From NCBI GenBank assembly GCA_965242525.1, contig OZ251459.1:1984001-2048000 (forward strand): a stretch of DNA of 64,000 bases, written 5' to 3'. Position 1 is the first letter of the stretch; each line of letters starts with the position of its first letter. This document shows, piece by piece, positions 27,451-37,410 of the stretch. The DNA is from an uncultured Candidatus Binatia bacterium (GTDB lineage: Bacteria; Desulfobacterota; Binatia; UBA9968; JAJDTQ01). The position numbers were made by a program, and so were the translations under genes. The notes below the pieces were generated by a model. The model did no database searches and was not told the DNA's origin. It worked only from the letters and a program-made list of their open reading frames with translations.

Positions 27451-30400
27451 ATGGCGGCAACGGACCAAAAGCTGACCGCAGCGGTGGAGACCTATTTTGC
27501 CGACCTGAGGCGGGTGCATGCCTCGGGCGGGGCCACCGGGGAGCGATCCAGCTACGGGCCGCTGGCGAACCTGCTGAACGCCGCGGGCGCGGCCCTCAAA
27601 CCCAAGGTGTTCTGCGTCCAGGAGTTGGCCGACCAGGGCGCGGGCCATCCCGACTTCGGCCTCTACGCGGCAAGGCAGGTCCAGCGGGGCCAACCGCGAG
27701 AGGGGCAGACGCCGGAGCGCGGCGTAGTGGAAGTGAAGGCCGCGGACGACGACGCTTGGCTCACCGCGGCAGGCGGTCAGGTAAGCCGCTATTGGGACCG
27801 CTACCGGCTGGTGCTGGTGACCAACACCCGCGATTTCGTGCTGATGGGCGAAGACGCGGCAGGCCATCCGGCGAAGCTCGAAACCTTCCGTCTGGCAGAC
27901 GGCGCGGACGACTTCCGGCGCAAGCTGGAGAAGCCCCGAGCCTTTGCCCGGGAAGTCGGCGCGGGCTTGGGCGAATACCTGTGCCGGGCGCTGTCGCACC
28001 GGGCTGCGTTGGCCGAACCCAAGGACTTGGCGTGGCTGCTGGCCTCCTATGCCCGGGATGGCTTGGCCCGCGTGGAGGCCGCGGGCGACGCGCTGTCGTT
28101 GGAGTTGGTGCGCAAGGCGCTGGAAGAGGCGTTGGGCGTCCGCTTTGAGGGAGAGCGGGGGACGCGCTTCTTCCGTTCGACCCTGGTGCAGACGCTCTTC
28201 TACGGCGTCTTCTCCGCCTGGGTGCTGTGGGCAAGGGTCGGCAGTCCGAACGTCCCTGCCAACGTCTCCCCTGCCAACGCCCCCCCTGGGAACGCGGGCG
28301 TCCCGCCCGCCTCTTTCCACTGGCGCGAAGCGGTCTGGCACCTGCGCGCGCCGGTGCTCCGAGCGTTGTTCCAGCAACTATCCGACCCCGGCCGCCTGCA
28401 ACCGCTGGGCTTGGTGGAAGTCCTGGACTGGACCGCCGCCGCACTGGACCGGGTGGACCACGCGGCCTTCTTCTCCCGCTTCCACGAAGGCGAGGCCGTG
28501 CCCTACTTCTACGAGCCCTTCCTCGAAGCCTTCGACCCCGAACTGCGCAAGCAACTGGGCGTCTGGTACACCCCTTCCGAAGTGGTGCGCTACATGGTGG
28601 CCCGGGTGGACCGGGCCCTGAAGGACGACCTGGGCATCCCGGAAGGGCTGGCTGCGGAGAACGTCTATGTGCTGGACCCGTGCTGCGGCACCGGGGCCTA
28701 CCTGGCAGAGGTCTTGCGCCGCATCGCCTCCAACCTGGAAGGGCAGGGATTGGGAGCGTTGGCCGGGGCGCGGGTGAAGCAGGCGGCCACCGAGCGGGTG
28801 TTCGGCTTCGAGATCATGCCCGCTCCCTTCGTGGTGGCTCACCTGCAAGTGGGACTGACCATGCAGGACTTGGACGCGCCCCTGGCGGATGACGGCGTGG
28901 AACGGCCCGGCGTCTTCCTCACCAACGCTCTCACCGGCTGGGAGCCGCACACCATCAAGCCCCTGCCCTTCCCGGAACTGGAGGAGGAACGGGACCGTGC
29001 GGAGCGGGTGAAGCAGGAGACGCCCATCCTGGTGATCCTGGGCAACCCGCCCTACAACGGCTTTGCCGGCATGGCAGTGGACGAGGAGCGGGAACTGTCG
29101 GAGTCCTACCGAAGGACGAAGCGGGTACGGCGACCGGATGGACAGGGGTTGAACGACCTGTACGTGCGCTTCTTCCGCATGGCGGAACGACGCATTGCGG
29201 AGAAGACCGGCCGGGGCGTGGTGTGCTTCATCTCCAACTACTCGTGGCTCGACGGCCTGTCGTTCACGGGGATGCGGGAACGCTACCTGGAAGCCTTCGA
29301 CGCGGTGCGCATCGACTGCCTGAACGGTGACAAGTACAAGACCGGGAAGGTAGCGCCGGACGGGACGCCGGACCCGAGCATCTTTTCGACGGAAGGGGAC
29401 CCGGTGGGCATACAGGTGGGGACGGCGATAGCGACGCTGGTGCGCAAGGCGGACCATGCGCCGGCGGAAGCGGTGGGTTTCCGCCATCTGTGGGGTCAGG
29501 GGAAGCGGGAGGAGTTGCTGGAAACCGCGGAAGCGGAGCCGGGCGCGGTGTATGCCGAGGTGTCGCCGCTCCTGCCGCTGGGCCTGCCGTTCGTGCAAAC
29601 GGCGGTGAGCGGGGATTGGTTCGATTGGCCGGCGTTGCCCGACCTGTTTCCGGTGTCGTTCCCGGGGGTGCAGACAAAGCGGGACTCGTTCCTGATCGAC
29701 ATTGACCTCGACCGCCTCAAAGCGCGGATTTCTGACTACTTCAACGGGGACCTGAGCCATGAAGAAATCGCCCGGCGATACCCCGGTGCGATGAAAAGCT
29801 CGTCAGGTTTTGTCGTACGCGACGCCCGTGCGGTGCGAGAGGCGCTGCTCGCCCGCGGCGGCCCGAACGAGGACGGCTTCATTCGCTTCGCCTACCGGCC
29901 GTTCGATAACCGGTGGCTGTATTGGGAGTCGGGACATGGCCTGCTTGGCCGTCCTGTACCCGACTACCGGCCTCATGTGTTCCAAGGGAACGAATGGCTG
30001 GTGGCACAGCAGAAACCGCGTCGGGAATGGTCGCCACCACAAGTGCTCTCGCATATTGGCTGCCTCGATCTCATGGACCGCGGTGCAACATGCATTCCCG
30101 CATGGCTCCGTGACGACAGCGAAGATAGCGGCCGCCGCCCCAATCTTTCAGGCGTGGCACAACGCTACCTCAAACGCCTCGACCTTGGGGTCGAGGACCT
30201 ATTCCACCACGTACTCGCCGTGCTTCACGATCCTGCGTACCGGGAGGCCAACACCGAGGTGCTCCGCATGGAATGGCCTCGCATCCCGCTCCCCCGCTGG
30301 TCCGCTCTCGGGAACGCAAGCGTCTCGACAGAATCCGAACAAGGCTCCGTATCCCCGGACAGAGAGACCACTGAAGCGACGGAAATACTCGCCCGATCGG

Positions 30401-30867
30401 CCGCCCGTGGCCGCCAACTGGCGGCTCTGCTCGACCCCGATACGCCGGTCCCCGGGGTAACCACGGGCAGACTGCGCTCGGAGATAGCCGCCATCGCCGT
30501 TCCTGCCACCACGGACGGGCACAACATGACCGGTGACGACTTCGCGTTGACCGCCGGTTGGGGCCACTATGGAACGGGCGGCGCGGTCATGCCCGGCCAG
30601 GGTCTCGTCGAAGAACGCGCCGCTCTCGGCAATGCCTCCCGAACCATTGGCGAAACGACCTTCGACGTGTACTTGAACGGCCGCACCTTTTGGAAAAACG
30701 TTCCGGCCGCGGTCTGGGGCTACGAGCTCGGCGGCTACCAAGTCCTCAAGAAATGGCTCTCTTACCGCGAACGCGACATCCTCGACCGCCCACTACGACC
30801 GGAGGAGGTCCAGCACTTCACAGATACCGCAAGGCGCATCGCGGCGCTATTGATGGAGTCTGGCTGA
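27451..30867 (+). CDS. Single-polypeptide Type IIG / ISP-like restriction-modification enzyme (N6-adenine MTase)
   Basis: N-terminal PDFG...VVEVK nuclease motif, YFYEPFL...GVWYTP, motif I LDPCCGTG, motif IV GNPPY, Type_ISP_C-like tail (AYRPFDNRW, EWPRIP, GGYQVLKKWL); no helicase domain. Confidence 0.85.
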   Translation: MAATDQKLTAAVETYFADLRRVHASGGATGERSSYGPLANLLNAAGAALKPKVFCVQELADQGAGHPDFGLYAARQVQRGQPREGQTPERGVVEVKAADDDAWLTAAGGQVSRYWDRYRLVLVTNTRDFVLMGEDAAGHPAKLETFRLADGADDFRRKLEKPRAFAREVGAGLGEYLCRALSHRAALAEPKDLAWLLASYARDGLARVEAAGDALSLELVRKALEEALGVRFEGERGTRFFRSTLVQTLFYGVFSAWVLWARVGSPNVPANVSPANAPPGNAGVPPASFHWREAVWHLRAPVLRALFQQLSDPGRLQPLGLVEVLDWTAAALDRVDHAAFFSRFHEGEAVPYFYEPFLEAFDPELRKQLGVWYTPSEVVRYMVARVDRALKDDLGIPEGLAAENVYVLDPCCGTGAYLAEVLRRIASNLEGQGLGALAGARVKQAATERVFGFEIMPAPFVVAHLQVGLTMQDLDAPLADDGVERPGVFLTNALTGWEPHTIKPLPFPELEEERDRAERVKQETPILVILGNPPYNGFAGMAVDEERELSESYRRTKRVRRPDGQGLNDLYVRFFRMAERRIAEKTGRGVVCFISNYSWLDGLSFTGMRERYLEAFDAVRIDCLNGDKYKTGKVAPDGTPDPSIFSTEGDPVGIQVGTAIATLVRKADHAPAEAVGFRHLWGQGKREELLETAEAEPGAVYAEVSPLLPLGLPFVQTAVSGDWFDWPALPDLFPVSFPGVQTKRDSFLIDIDLDRLKARISDYFNGDLSHEEIARRYPGAMKSSSGFVVRDARAVREALLARGGPNEDGFIRFAYRPFDNRWLYWESGHGLLGRPVPDYRPHVFQGNEWLVAQQKPRREWSPPQVLSHIGCLDLMDRGATCIPAWLRDDSEDSGRRPNLSGVAQRYLKRLDLGVEDLFHHVLAVLHDPAYREANTEVLRMEWPRIPLPRWSALGNASVSTESEQGSVSPDRETTEATEILARSAARGRQLAALLDPDTPVPGVTTGRLRSEIAAIAVPATTDGHNMTGDDFALTAGWGHYGTGGAVMPGQGLVEERAALGNASRTIGETTFDVYLNGRTFWKNVPAAVWGYELGGYQVLKKWLSYRERDILDRPLRPEEVQHFTDTARRIAALLMESG

Positions 30868-30896
30868 AGCGTGAAATCCTGAAGATCCGTGACTTC

Positions 30897-33023
30897 TTAC
30901 CGTTTGAGCCAGTCGTCGATCTGACGACGATCCTCGCGCTCCTCGCTAGGTGTGTACACCGACCATAGGTCACCATATAGCGACTCGAGGTGACCTGCCG
31001 TCGCCGAATCCGGCTCCTCTGTGCTAGCCACTAGCGACAGTAACTTCAATGCCAAGATTTGATCGGTACGGTTACGCACCTTTGGAGGAAACGCGAGGAT
31101 CGCCATGGCTGTGTGTTCCGCCTCCTTGACCACATCTAGCATAAGCCATAATCGACCCCAACATCGTAATGCTTCCAAATCGACCTGCCTCCCATCGTCG
31201 TAACGCTCCGCCGCGATGCGGGCAAATTCACTCGCTATCACCTCGTCGCAATATGGATATTTCTTGTGTTTGCGATCATTCTTGAGTTTACTCTGGTCAT
31301 ATAGCCCCCATAAGGTACAAGCTTCAACCAAAGGATCACGTGCCTGCTTCAACAACCACGCTTCGCTAGGCTCGCCGAACTCTATGACCAAACGAGCAGC
31401 ATATTCCGCTACAACTGAGGTTTCGGAATGCCTATGGAGGTACTGCCCAGCAAAGCGAAGGTGAGCCCACAGCTTCTCGGCGAGCGTGCGAACCGACTCT
31501 GGGGTTGCCGCGCGGCCGAGATCCTTCATGGGTTCGATCGCGTGGAATGCGATGAGGAACCAGTGTTTCGTAGCCCGATCGGTGGCGATAAACTTCTTGT
31601 AATCCTCCTCCGCGTCCCACACACTCAGCGGCAACGCTCGGCACCGCTCCGAGACCCAAGTCGGCAGATCGAGGTCTTCCCACGACAATGCAAGTGTGAA
31701 GCCGAGGCTGCGCAACCACGCACGGTCCTCCCAGTCATTCCAATTCAGAAACATATTGCCACGTTCCAAGTGCTCGAACATCTGGCTATGTGCATCGAAA
31801 CTCCTTCGAGCTATCTCGACAGCCCGCGCTGGCTCTGCAGAACGTATCTCACGAGCAATATCGGCCAAATGCCGCGTCCAAGTCGGTCGTCGTGCCTGGC
31901 ATAATCCAGCATTGAGTTCAGCGAGTAAATCGTCAGACCACGACAGGCGAACGAGTCGCGCAAGCACCTCTGTACAGGCCTTTTCAAGCTGCTTGACTCG
32001 GCATGGCATCTCACCATCCTCACTCTGATGTAGCATACGGGGGGCATAGCTGAGCAACTCACCAATCCAGCGCGCACATATATTTGCTTTCAGAGCAGCC
32101 AGCCGCTTAGCCAGATCGGTAAGGAGGCTAGCGGCTGCGGTATTGAGATCGTCTTCCGCGGGGCATAATTCAGTCCTCTGTATCTGTTGAGCAGCGTTTC
32201 CGCGATCAAGCAGCCGGATTTCTTCGTCCAATCTGTTGACGGTGTTCAGTGTATGTACAATCGCCAGCGCAACGAGAGCATCGCACGAATCTTTGGTAAC
32301 CCACAGTAGTGTCTCACGGTGGTTTAGACGCCTCATCGAAACGAGTCTGCGATGAGTCGCCCGCGCTTGCATCACTGGATGATCTAGTCTTTCGATCATG
32401 GATTTGAATTGATCGGGCCGCAATTCCACCACGAGTTCTATCAGGTGAGCCGTTGCACGATGCAGCGCCATATGGACGAGATCAAAGCCATGACTGTCGA
32501 GTTGCTGGAAGATCTCCAATGTTCCTTTGCTCGAAGTTATAGCGCCCTTTGGGATCTTAGCATTGGCAGAATTAACCCCTGAAATACGAGATGCGTCAAG
32601 AATCTGATCTCCACCACAGAGTTTCTTCAGTATATCAAGAGTGTGATCCACGAACGAGTCGATTTCCTCGGAGGACCAGCTAGACCGAATGATGTGTACA
32701 GCCGAGTCGGTATCGATCGAACCGACGGCCCAGATTGCCCTTTCGTCGCGGTTGCCCCGAACTCCATCCACAATTAAGGTTGCGACTGACTCGCTCATTT
32801 CAGACTTGAGCCATCGTTGCTTTCCGTCGGACTCGAACCATCCGAGAATCTCATTGATAACTCGACTTGGATCTCTCGAGGAGAAGTAGTGTGTGACGAT
32901 TGGCTCGATCAGTTCATATGTTGATCTGCCCTTCAGAGGCGATTCACCTGAACCGAAGATCCGCCAAGTAACGGCCTTCAAGTCATCGTAAATGGAGGGT
33001 TCGAGTGAAAGGTTTCTGGTCAT
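30897..33023 (-). CDS. Hypothetical protein, predicted largely alpha-helical
   Basis: 708-codon ORF in lower-GC DNA; TAATG stop/start coupling with the upstream gene; no recognised motif. Confidence 0.75.
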   Translation of the reverse strand: MTRNLSLEPSIYDDLKAVTWRIFGSGESPLKGRSTYELIEPIVTHYFSSRDPSRVINEILGWFESDGKQRWLKSEMSESVATLIVDGVRGNRDERAIWAVGSIDTDSAVHIIRSSWSSEEIDSFVDHTLDILKKLCGGDQILDASRISGVNSANAKIPKGAITSSKGTLEIFQQLDSHGFDLVHMALHRATAHLIELVVELRPDQFKSMIERLDHPVMQARATHRRLVSMRRLNHRETLLWVTKDSCDALVALAIVHTLNTVNRLDEEIRLLDRGNAAQQIQRTELCPAEDDLNTAAASLLTDLAKRLAALKANICARWIGELLSYAPRMLHQSEDGEMPCRVKQLEKACTEVLARLVRLSWSDDLLAELNAGLCQARRPTWTRHLADIAREIRSAEPARAVEIARRSFDAHSQMFEHLERGNMFLNWNDWEDRAWLRSLGFTLALSWEDLDLPTWVSERCRALPLSVWDAEEDYKKFIATDRATKHWFLIAFHAIEPMKDLGRAATPESVRTLAEKLWAHLRFAGQYLHRHSETSVVAEYAARLVIEFGEPSEAWLLKQARDPLVEACTLWGLYDQSKLKNDRKHKKYPYCDEVIASEFARIAAERYDDGRQVDLEALRCWGRLWLMLDVVKEAEHTAMAILAFPPKVRNRTDQILALKLLSLVASTEEPDSATAGHLESLYGDLWSVYTPSEEREDRRQIDDWLKR

Positions 33024-34741
33024 TATGTGACCTCTTCAATGAGAAATTCGGTGTTCTCAGAGCCAATTTTCATTGACCATAGCCGTTCGGCGTCAGCGCG
33101 ATACACGTCGTACAGCAGCCTGACGAAGGTGACGCCGTCGGCATGCCAGCCGTTGATAGAATGGGTGATCAGAATCTCTTGTTTCGGCGTTATCAAGTAA
33201 CGATCGTGATGTCCGGTCGTGCGACCAGGGTGCTTGGAGATTATTCGTCGTACTCTGACATGGGCTGTAATCTCCCTGGGATAATCCGACCACCAAAGGG
33301 TCGGCTTGCCTTCCTCTTCTCCTTGTCTTTGACACAGGATCAGTAAGGGAGCGCCGGTAGTGGACGCAAACAGATCAAGACATAGCTTGTGTACTTCGTT
33401 CCCCTTCAGTTGCCCCTTGGAGCAAGGAAAATAGGGGTCAACGAGATAGTTCGGTGCCTTTTGGTCAGAATCTTGACGCAGAATATCTATAAAATACTGG
33501 AAGGCGTCAACGACCTCTGTTGGTTGGAAGCGCCTGAAATTCCCTTCCCGACGCGCGGCGACCTCCCGTTCCCAGAGTCGATGTTCAAGCCCTCGTTGCC
33601 GTATCTCCTTGTCGATTTCGGCGTTCTCGTTATCGGAGCGTACGTTAAACTTGGAGATGGCGCCGGCTGGCTTGACCTTGTGAATCAAAGATTTCCGGCG
33701 GTTACGGAGATGCAATGTCGAGGTGGAATCATACATAAATTGGACGGAAATCTCCATGATCAGAAACGCCTCCATCAAATCAATACACTGTCCATCTGCA
33801 GCACGAAAAATCGCAAAACCTATGTGATCGACCTCAGATTCCAGATTTAACACATGATGCTGGGACGTGAGAAGAAGCTCGCGTCGGAGCACCTCATCTC
33901 CACTGTGGCTGGCCCAGACGGTAGCGCGATAGGCTTCTGATAGCAGATTCTCTGAATCCACATGGAGCCTCAACGTTCGGCCGTAACCTGCTGCCAGATC
34001 GCAGGTGATTGCATCCTCAGCTCCCGCAATCATCAGGTTGCCGACCCGATCCGAGCGACGGTCGAGTGGGAAGCCTAGACGTGAAAGTCGAAGCGACAAG
34101 TCTGCCGAAGACGATCCAAGCATCTCTCGCCAGCTATTGCGCGGCCCCTCCGCGAAGCTCCAGTACTCGACTACCTCAGCGCTGTGCTTCGAGAACGGGC
34201 TGCGCAACGAGGCTTCGGCCAACGGACGCTCATCTCGGTAAACCCAGTGGCGGCGAGGAGCGAGGTTCAAGGCGTAAGCAATTTCGATGCCATCGATCTT
34301 CAATTTACCTGAGTCCAGTATCTGGCCAATCAATGCCTCACAGCGTTCAAATGGTGCGTCGCAAGAAAATAGCCGAAGTCTGTCCCCAAGGTCGTCACAA
34401 GACCAACTCTCGTCCGGTTCACTCGCCCAGGGCCCTAACGCATCCGCCCGTCGGTGACGTATGAGCGTGAACAGGTTTGGCGGTTTTGCCGCCGCATCAT
34501 CCCAAACCAGAACCGTCATGCGAGCCATCCGGCCCTTCCTTGCATCCATCGTCACCGAGGCACGGGTTAGGGCATCAACAGGGAGCCCCCGCTCACACGC
34601 CCAACGGACTGCCTCCGCGTGGTCCACGTACACGCTACGCCCATCCTTCTGTGCTATGAGATGTTTCCGATGAATATGCTGTCGGACGTAGGTCTCGCTC
34701 TTGTCCACAGCACGGGCCAACTCTGCGATTGTGAGATCCAA
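33023..34741 (-). CDS. HTH + VPA1262-like protein with C-terminal PLD/MIT_C-like HDR motif
   Basis: TTG start after a GGAGG RBS; N-terminal excisionase/MerR-like HTH (LTIAELARAVDKSETYVRQHI); C-terminal LVDPYF...HHDRYLI...THSING. Family assignment recalled from motifs, not searched. Confidence 0.6.
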   Translation of the reverse strand: MDLTIAELARAVDKSETYVRQHIHRKHLIAQKDGRSVYVDHAEAVRWACERGLPVDALTRASVTMDARKGRMARMTVLVWDDAAAKPPNLFTLIRHRRADALGPWASEPDESWSCDDLGDRLRLFSCDAPFERCEALIGQILDSGKLKIDGIEIAYALNLAPRRHWVYRDERPLAEASLRSPFSKHSAEVVEYWSFAEGPRNSWREMLGSSSADLSLRLSRLGFPLDRRSDRVGNLMIAGAEDAITCDLAAGYGRTLRLHVDSENLLSEAYRATVWASHSGDEVLRRELLLTSQHHVLNLESEVDHIGFAIFRAADGQCIDLMEAFLIMEISVQFMYDSTSTLHLRNRRKSLIHKVKPAGAISKFNVRSDNENAEIDKEIRQRGLEHRLWEREVAARREGNFRRFQPTEVVDAFQYFIDILRQDSDQKAPNYLVDPYFPCSKGQLKGNEVHKLCLDLFASTTGAPLLILCQRQGEEEGKPTLWWSDYPREITAHVRVRRIISKHPGRTTGHHDRYLITPKQEILITHSINGWHADGVTFVRLLYDVYRADAERLWSMKIGSENTEFLIEEVT

Positions 34742-34764
34742 GACAAATACCCCTCCACTACGGA

Positions 34765-34804
34765 ATGTTACATGTAACATACAATTGTAATTTACGTTTG
34801 TCAA
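34765..34804 (-). promoter_or_regulatory. Sigma70 promoter overlapped by palindromic operators
   Basis: Minus strand TTGACA (34804-34799), 17-bp spacer, TATGTT (34781-34776); perfect palindromes ATGTTACATGTAACAT (34765-34780) and TACAATTGTA (34780-34789). Confidence 0.75.
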
Positions 34805-35063
34805 CCCACTGCAAATCCCTCAGGCCGCCGTTCCTTCGCCACGGTTCATATCGACCCAGAGCGCTTTGGCCGCGACATGGGTCTCGCAGGGCGGGGAAGA
34901 CCTGGAGCCACGTATCACCTTCTCGGGGCAGAAATGGAGGTTCCGTTCAAGACCACGACCATATACCGGACGGACCGAGCTTGCAGCCCGGCCAGCTTTG
35001 TAGTTGAAACAAGGCTGCTCCATACGGTCGTCGGCGCCCGGGAACCTTGGAGTCACGACTTGA

Positions 35064-35193
35064 GGAACATCTGGACAATCGGCGGAACATGAGCGCGTCC
35101 TTCGACTCCGCTTCGCTACGCTCAGGACGAACGGGGATAAGAGGGTCAGGATGAGGGAATCCATCCTGGGTGTCTCGACTGTTCAGAGGTTCC
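35064..35193 (-). mobile_element. IS5-like MITE carrying the 42-bp REP, 4-bp TSD TTGA
   Basis: Ends GGAACATCTGGACAATCG / CGACTGTTCAGAGGTTCC; TTGA on both sides (35060-35063, 35194-35197). Confidence 0.8.
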
Positions 35194-35239
35194 TTGACCG
35201 GACTTGGACCGGCCTGCCGTCGTCCACGCGGGGACCGCA

Positions 35240-36544
35240 ATGAAAACGTCGCAAAACATGGCTTCCGGGCTGATCGTGACCCGGGTCGAAGCCCTCGGCT
35301 TCCGCTCCCTGCGCTACGTCTCGCAGCGACTCGGCCCCTTCCACGTCCTGGTCGGACCCAACGCCAGCGGGAAATCGGCGTTTCTCGACGTGCTGGCCTT
35401 CCTGGGCGACCTGCAACGGGTGGACCTCAAGCACGCGATCATGGGCCACCAGCCGCTCGCGGTACCGGTCCGCGCCACCGATCCGCAGCACATCACCTGG
35501 ATGCGGCGCGGCGCGCCCTTCGAACTGGCCTTGGAGGCAGCCGTTCCCGACGCGCTTCACGGGCACCTGAAGAACGGATCCGCCCGTGTATGCAGGTACG
35601 AGGTCACGGTGGACGTGTCGGAACCCTGCCGCATCGTCCGGGAGAACCTCTGGCTGAAGCCGGACAAGGGCTTCGGAGCCGAACGCATGCGGTCGGAGTT
35701 CCCGGACCCGCCCGAGCCGCCTGGGGAGGTCGTCGTCGATCCAGGGAAGCGGCCCCCCAGGAATTGGAGAAAGGTAGTCTTTCGGGAAAGCGATCCCGAA
35801 CGGGCAACCTTCCATCCCGAAACTTCCGGACGGTCGTTCCAGTTCCGTGTTCCAACCGGCCAATCCGCACTGAACAGCCTGCCTCCGGACGAGGAGCTTT
35901 TTCCGGTCGCCGCTCGATTCAAGCAGATGCTGGCGGCAGGCGTTCAGCGTATCGCCCTGTCGAGCGAGGCCCTTCGCCGGCCCAGTCCACCCGGCCAGTC
36001 CGACACCTATCTCCCCGACGGTTCGAACCTTCCCTACCTCGTGAACAAAGTGGCGAAACACCGCGACCTGTATGGGGACTGGACCATGCACGTCCGCGAG
36101 GCGCTGCCCGACGTGGTTCGGATCGTGCCCCGCATACGATCAGACGACGGACATCGTTACCTGATGGTTCACTACCGCAATGGATTGGAAGCGCCATCCT
36201 GGCTGGTGTCGGACGGCACGCTGCGGTTCCTCGCGTTGACGCTGCTCGCGTACCTCCCCGAACCCACCGGCCCTTACCTGATCGAGGAGCCGGAGAACGG
36301 CGTCCACCCTCTCAACGTGGAAACGGTCCTTCAGTCACTTTCATCGGTCTATGACGCCCAAGTCCTGTTGGCGACCCATTCGCCCGCCATCGTTCGCCTC
36401 GCCAGCCTCGACCAAATGCTCTGCTTCGCTCGTGACGAAGACCGCGGCGCAGACGTCGTCGCCGGCCGCGCACACCCCCTCTTGCGAGATTGGCAAGGAG
36501 TCACCGATCTGGGCGCCCTGCTCGCGAGCGGAGCCCTCGAGTGA
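35240..36544 (+). CDS. AAA_21-type ATPase, MADS MAD3-like
   Basis: GFRSLRY, GPNASGKS, VSDGTLRFLALT, LIEEPENGVHP, ATHSP; coupled to a MAD4-like gene. Confidence 0.75.
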   Translation: MKTSQNMASGLIVTRVEALGFRSLRYVSQRLGPFHVLVGPNASGKSAFLDVLAFLGDLQRVDLKHAIMGHQPLAVPVRATDPQHITWMRRGAPFELALEAAVPDALHGHLKNGSARVCRYEVTVDVSEPCRIVRENLWLKPDKGFGAERMRSEFPDPPEPPGEVVVDPGKRPPRNWRKVVFRESDPERATFHPETSGRSFQFRVPTGQSALNSLPPDEELFPVAARFKQMLAAGVQRIALSSEALRRPSPPGQSDTYLPDGSNLPYLVNKVAKHRDLYGDWTMHVREALPDVVRIVPRIRSDDGHRYLMVHYRNGLEAPSWLVSDGTLRFLALTLLAYLPEPTGPYLIEEPENGVHPLNVETVLQSLSSVYDAQVLLATHSPAIVRLASLDQMLCFARDEDRGADVVAGRAHPLLRDWQGVTDLGALLASGALE

Positions 36545-37173
36545 TGGACCTCGTATGCCTCGTTGCGGACCGCAACATGGAAGCGGCGATATCCGGGTTG
36601 TTGGAGCGGCCGCACGCGCTCGGCATCCGCCCGATTACAAGGGAAGTGCCGGTGCATGAAGAAAGAGATCCGGGATGCTGCCACCATCCGATGAAGGTAC
36701 TCGGTCCGTATCGGAAGAATGCGGAACATGCCTTGATCGTGCTCGATCATGCTTGGGAAGGAGTCCCCGCGGCATCCGGCGCCGAACTCGAATCCTGGAT
36801 CGAAGACAACAGACTGAAGCGTGAGGGCTTGGCGGACTGGACCGTTCCAGTGGTGATCGAGCCGGAGTTGGAGGTCTGGGTGTTCAGTGACTCACCCCAC
36901 GTGGACGAGGTCCTCGGCTGGACGGACCGTAACCCCGGTTTGCGCAAGGCGCTCGAACGGCAAGGTTTATGGAGCCCGGGCGACCCCAAACCAACCGATC
37001 CGAAGGCAGCGTTCGAATGGACCCTCAGAACGGCGAGGAAGCGTCCCATCTCCTCCATGTACTTCCGTGAGCTTGCGCGAAAGGTGAGCACCCGGCGCTG
37101 TCAGGATCGTGCATTTCTAAGGTTCAAGCGAATACTGCAGAACTGGTTTCCCCGGCGCTCGTCGGACCCGTGA
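36544..37173 (+). CDS. MADS MAD4-like protein
   Basis: DLVCLVADRNMEAAISGLLERPHALGIR...HEERDPG, IEPELEVWVF, KPTDPK, CQDRAF resemble the MAD4 family as I recall it. Confidence 0.65.
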   Translation: MDLVCLVADRNMEAAISGLLERPHALGIRPITREVPVHEERDPGCCHHPMKVLGPYRKNAEHALIVLDHAWEGVPAASGAELESWIEDNRLKREGLADWTVPVVIEPELEVWVFSDSPHVDEVLGWTDRNPGLRKALERQGLWSPGDPKPTDPKAAFEWTLRTARKRPISSMYFRELARKVSTRRCQDRAFLRFKRILQNWFPRRSSDP

Positions 37174-37410
37174 ACGACAACCGCGGTTGCTGCTTCGCGG
37201 TCGAAGCCGGTAGACGCCGGCGCCCGCGGCACATCCGCGAACCCGCGGTCCGTCTGGACAAAGGTTGGGGAAGTGCGCTAATCGGTTGGTTCGACGGTTC
37301 CGTTCGGGCCGGCCTGCGCACCGGGCCGGGGTTGACGCCGGGGACGCCGGGGCGATGCGGCGGGGACGGGTCCATGACACGGAGCGTCACTTCACACGGA
37401 GGTCGTCACC

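Noticed and set aside
34820-35060. Short ORFs between the HTH operon promoter and the MITE
   Set aside because: No motif, RBS or consistent frame; several of these ORFs are translations running through the MITE.
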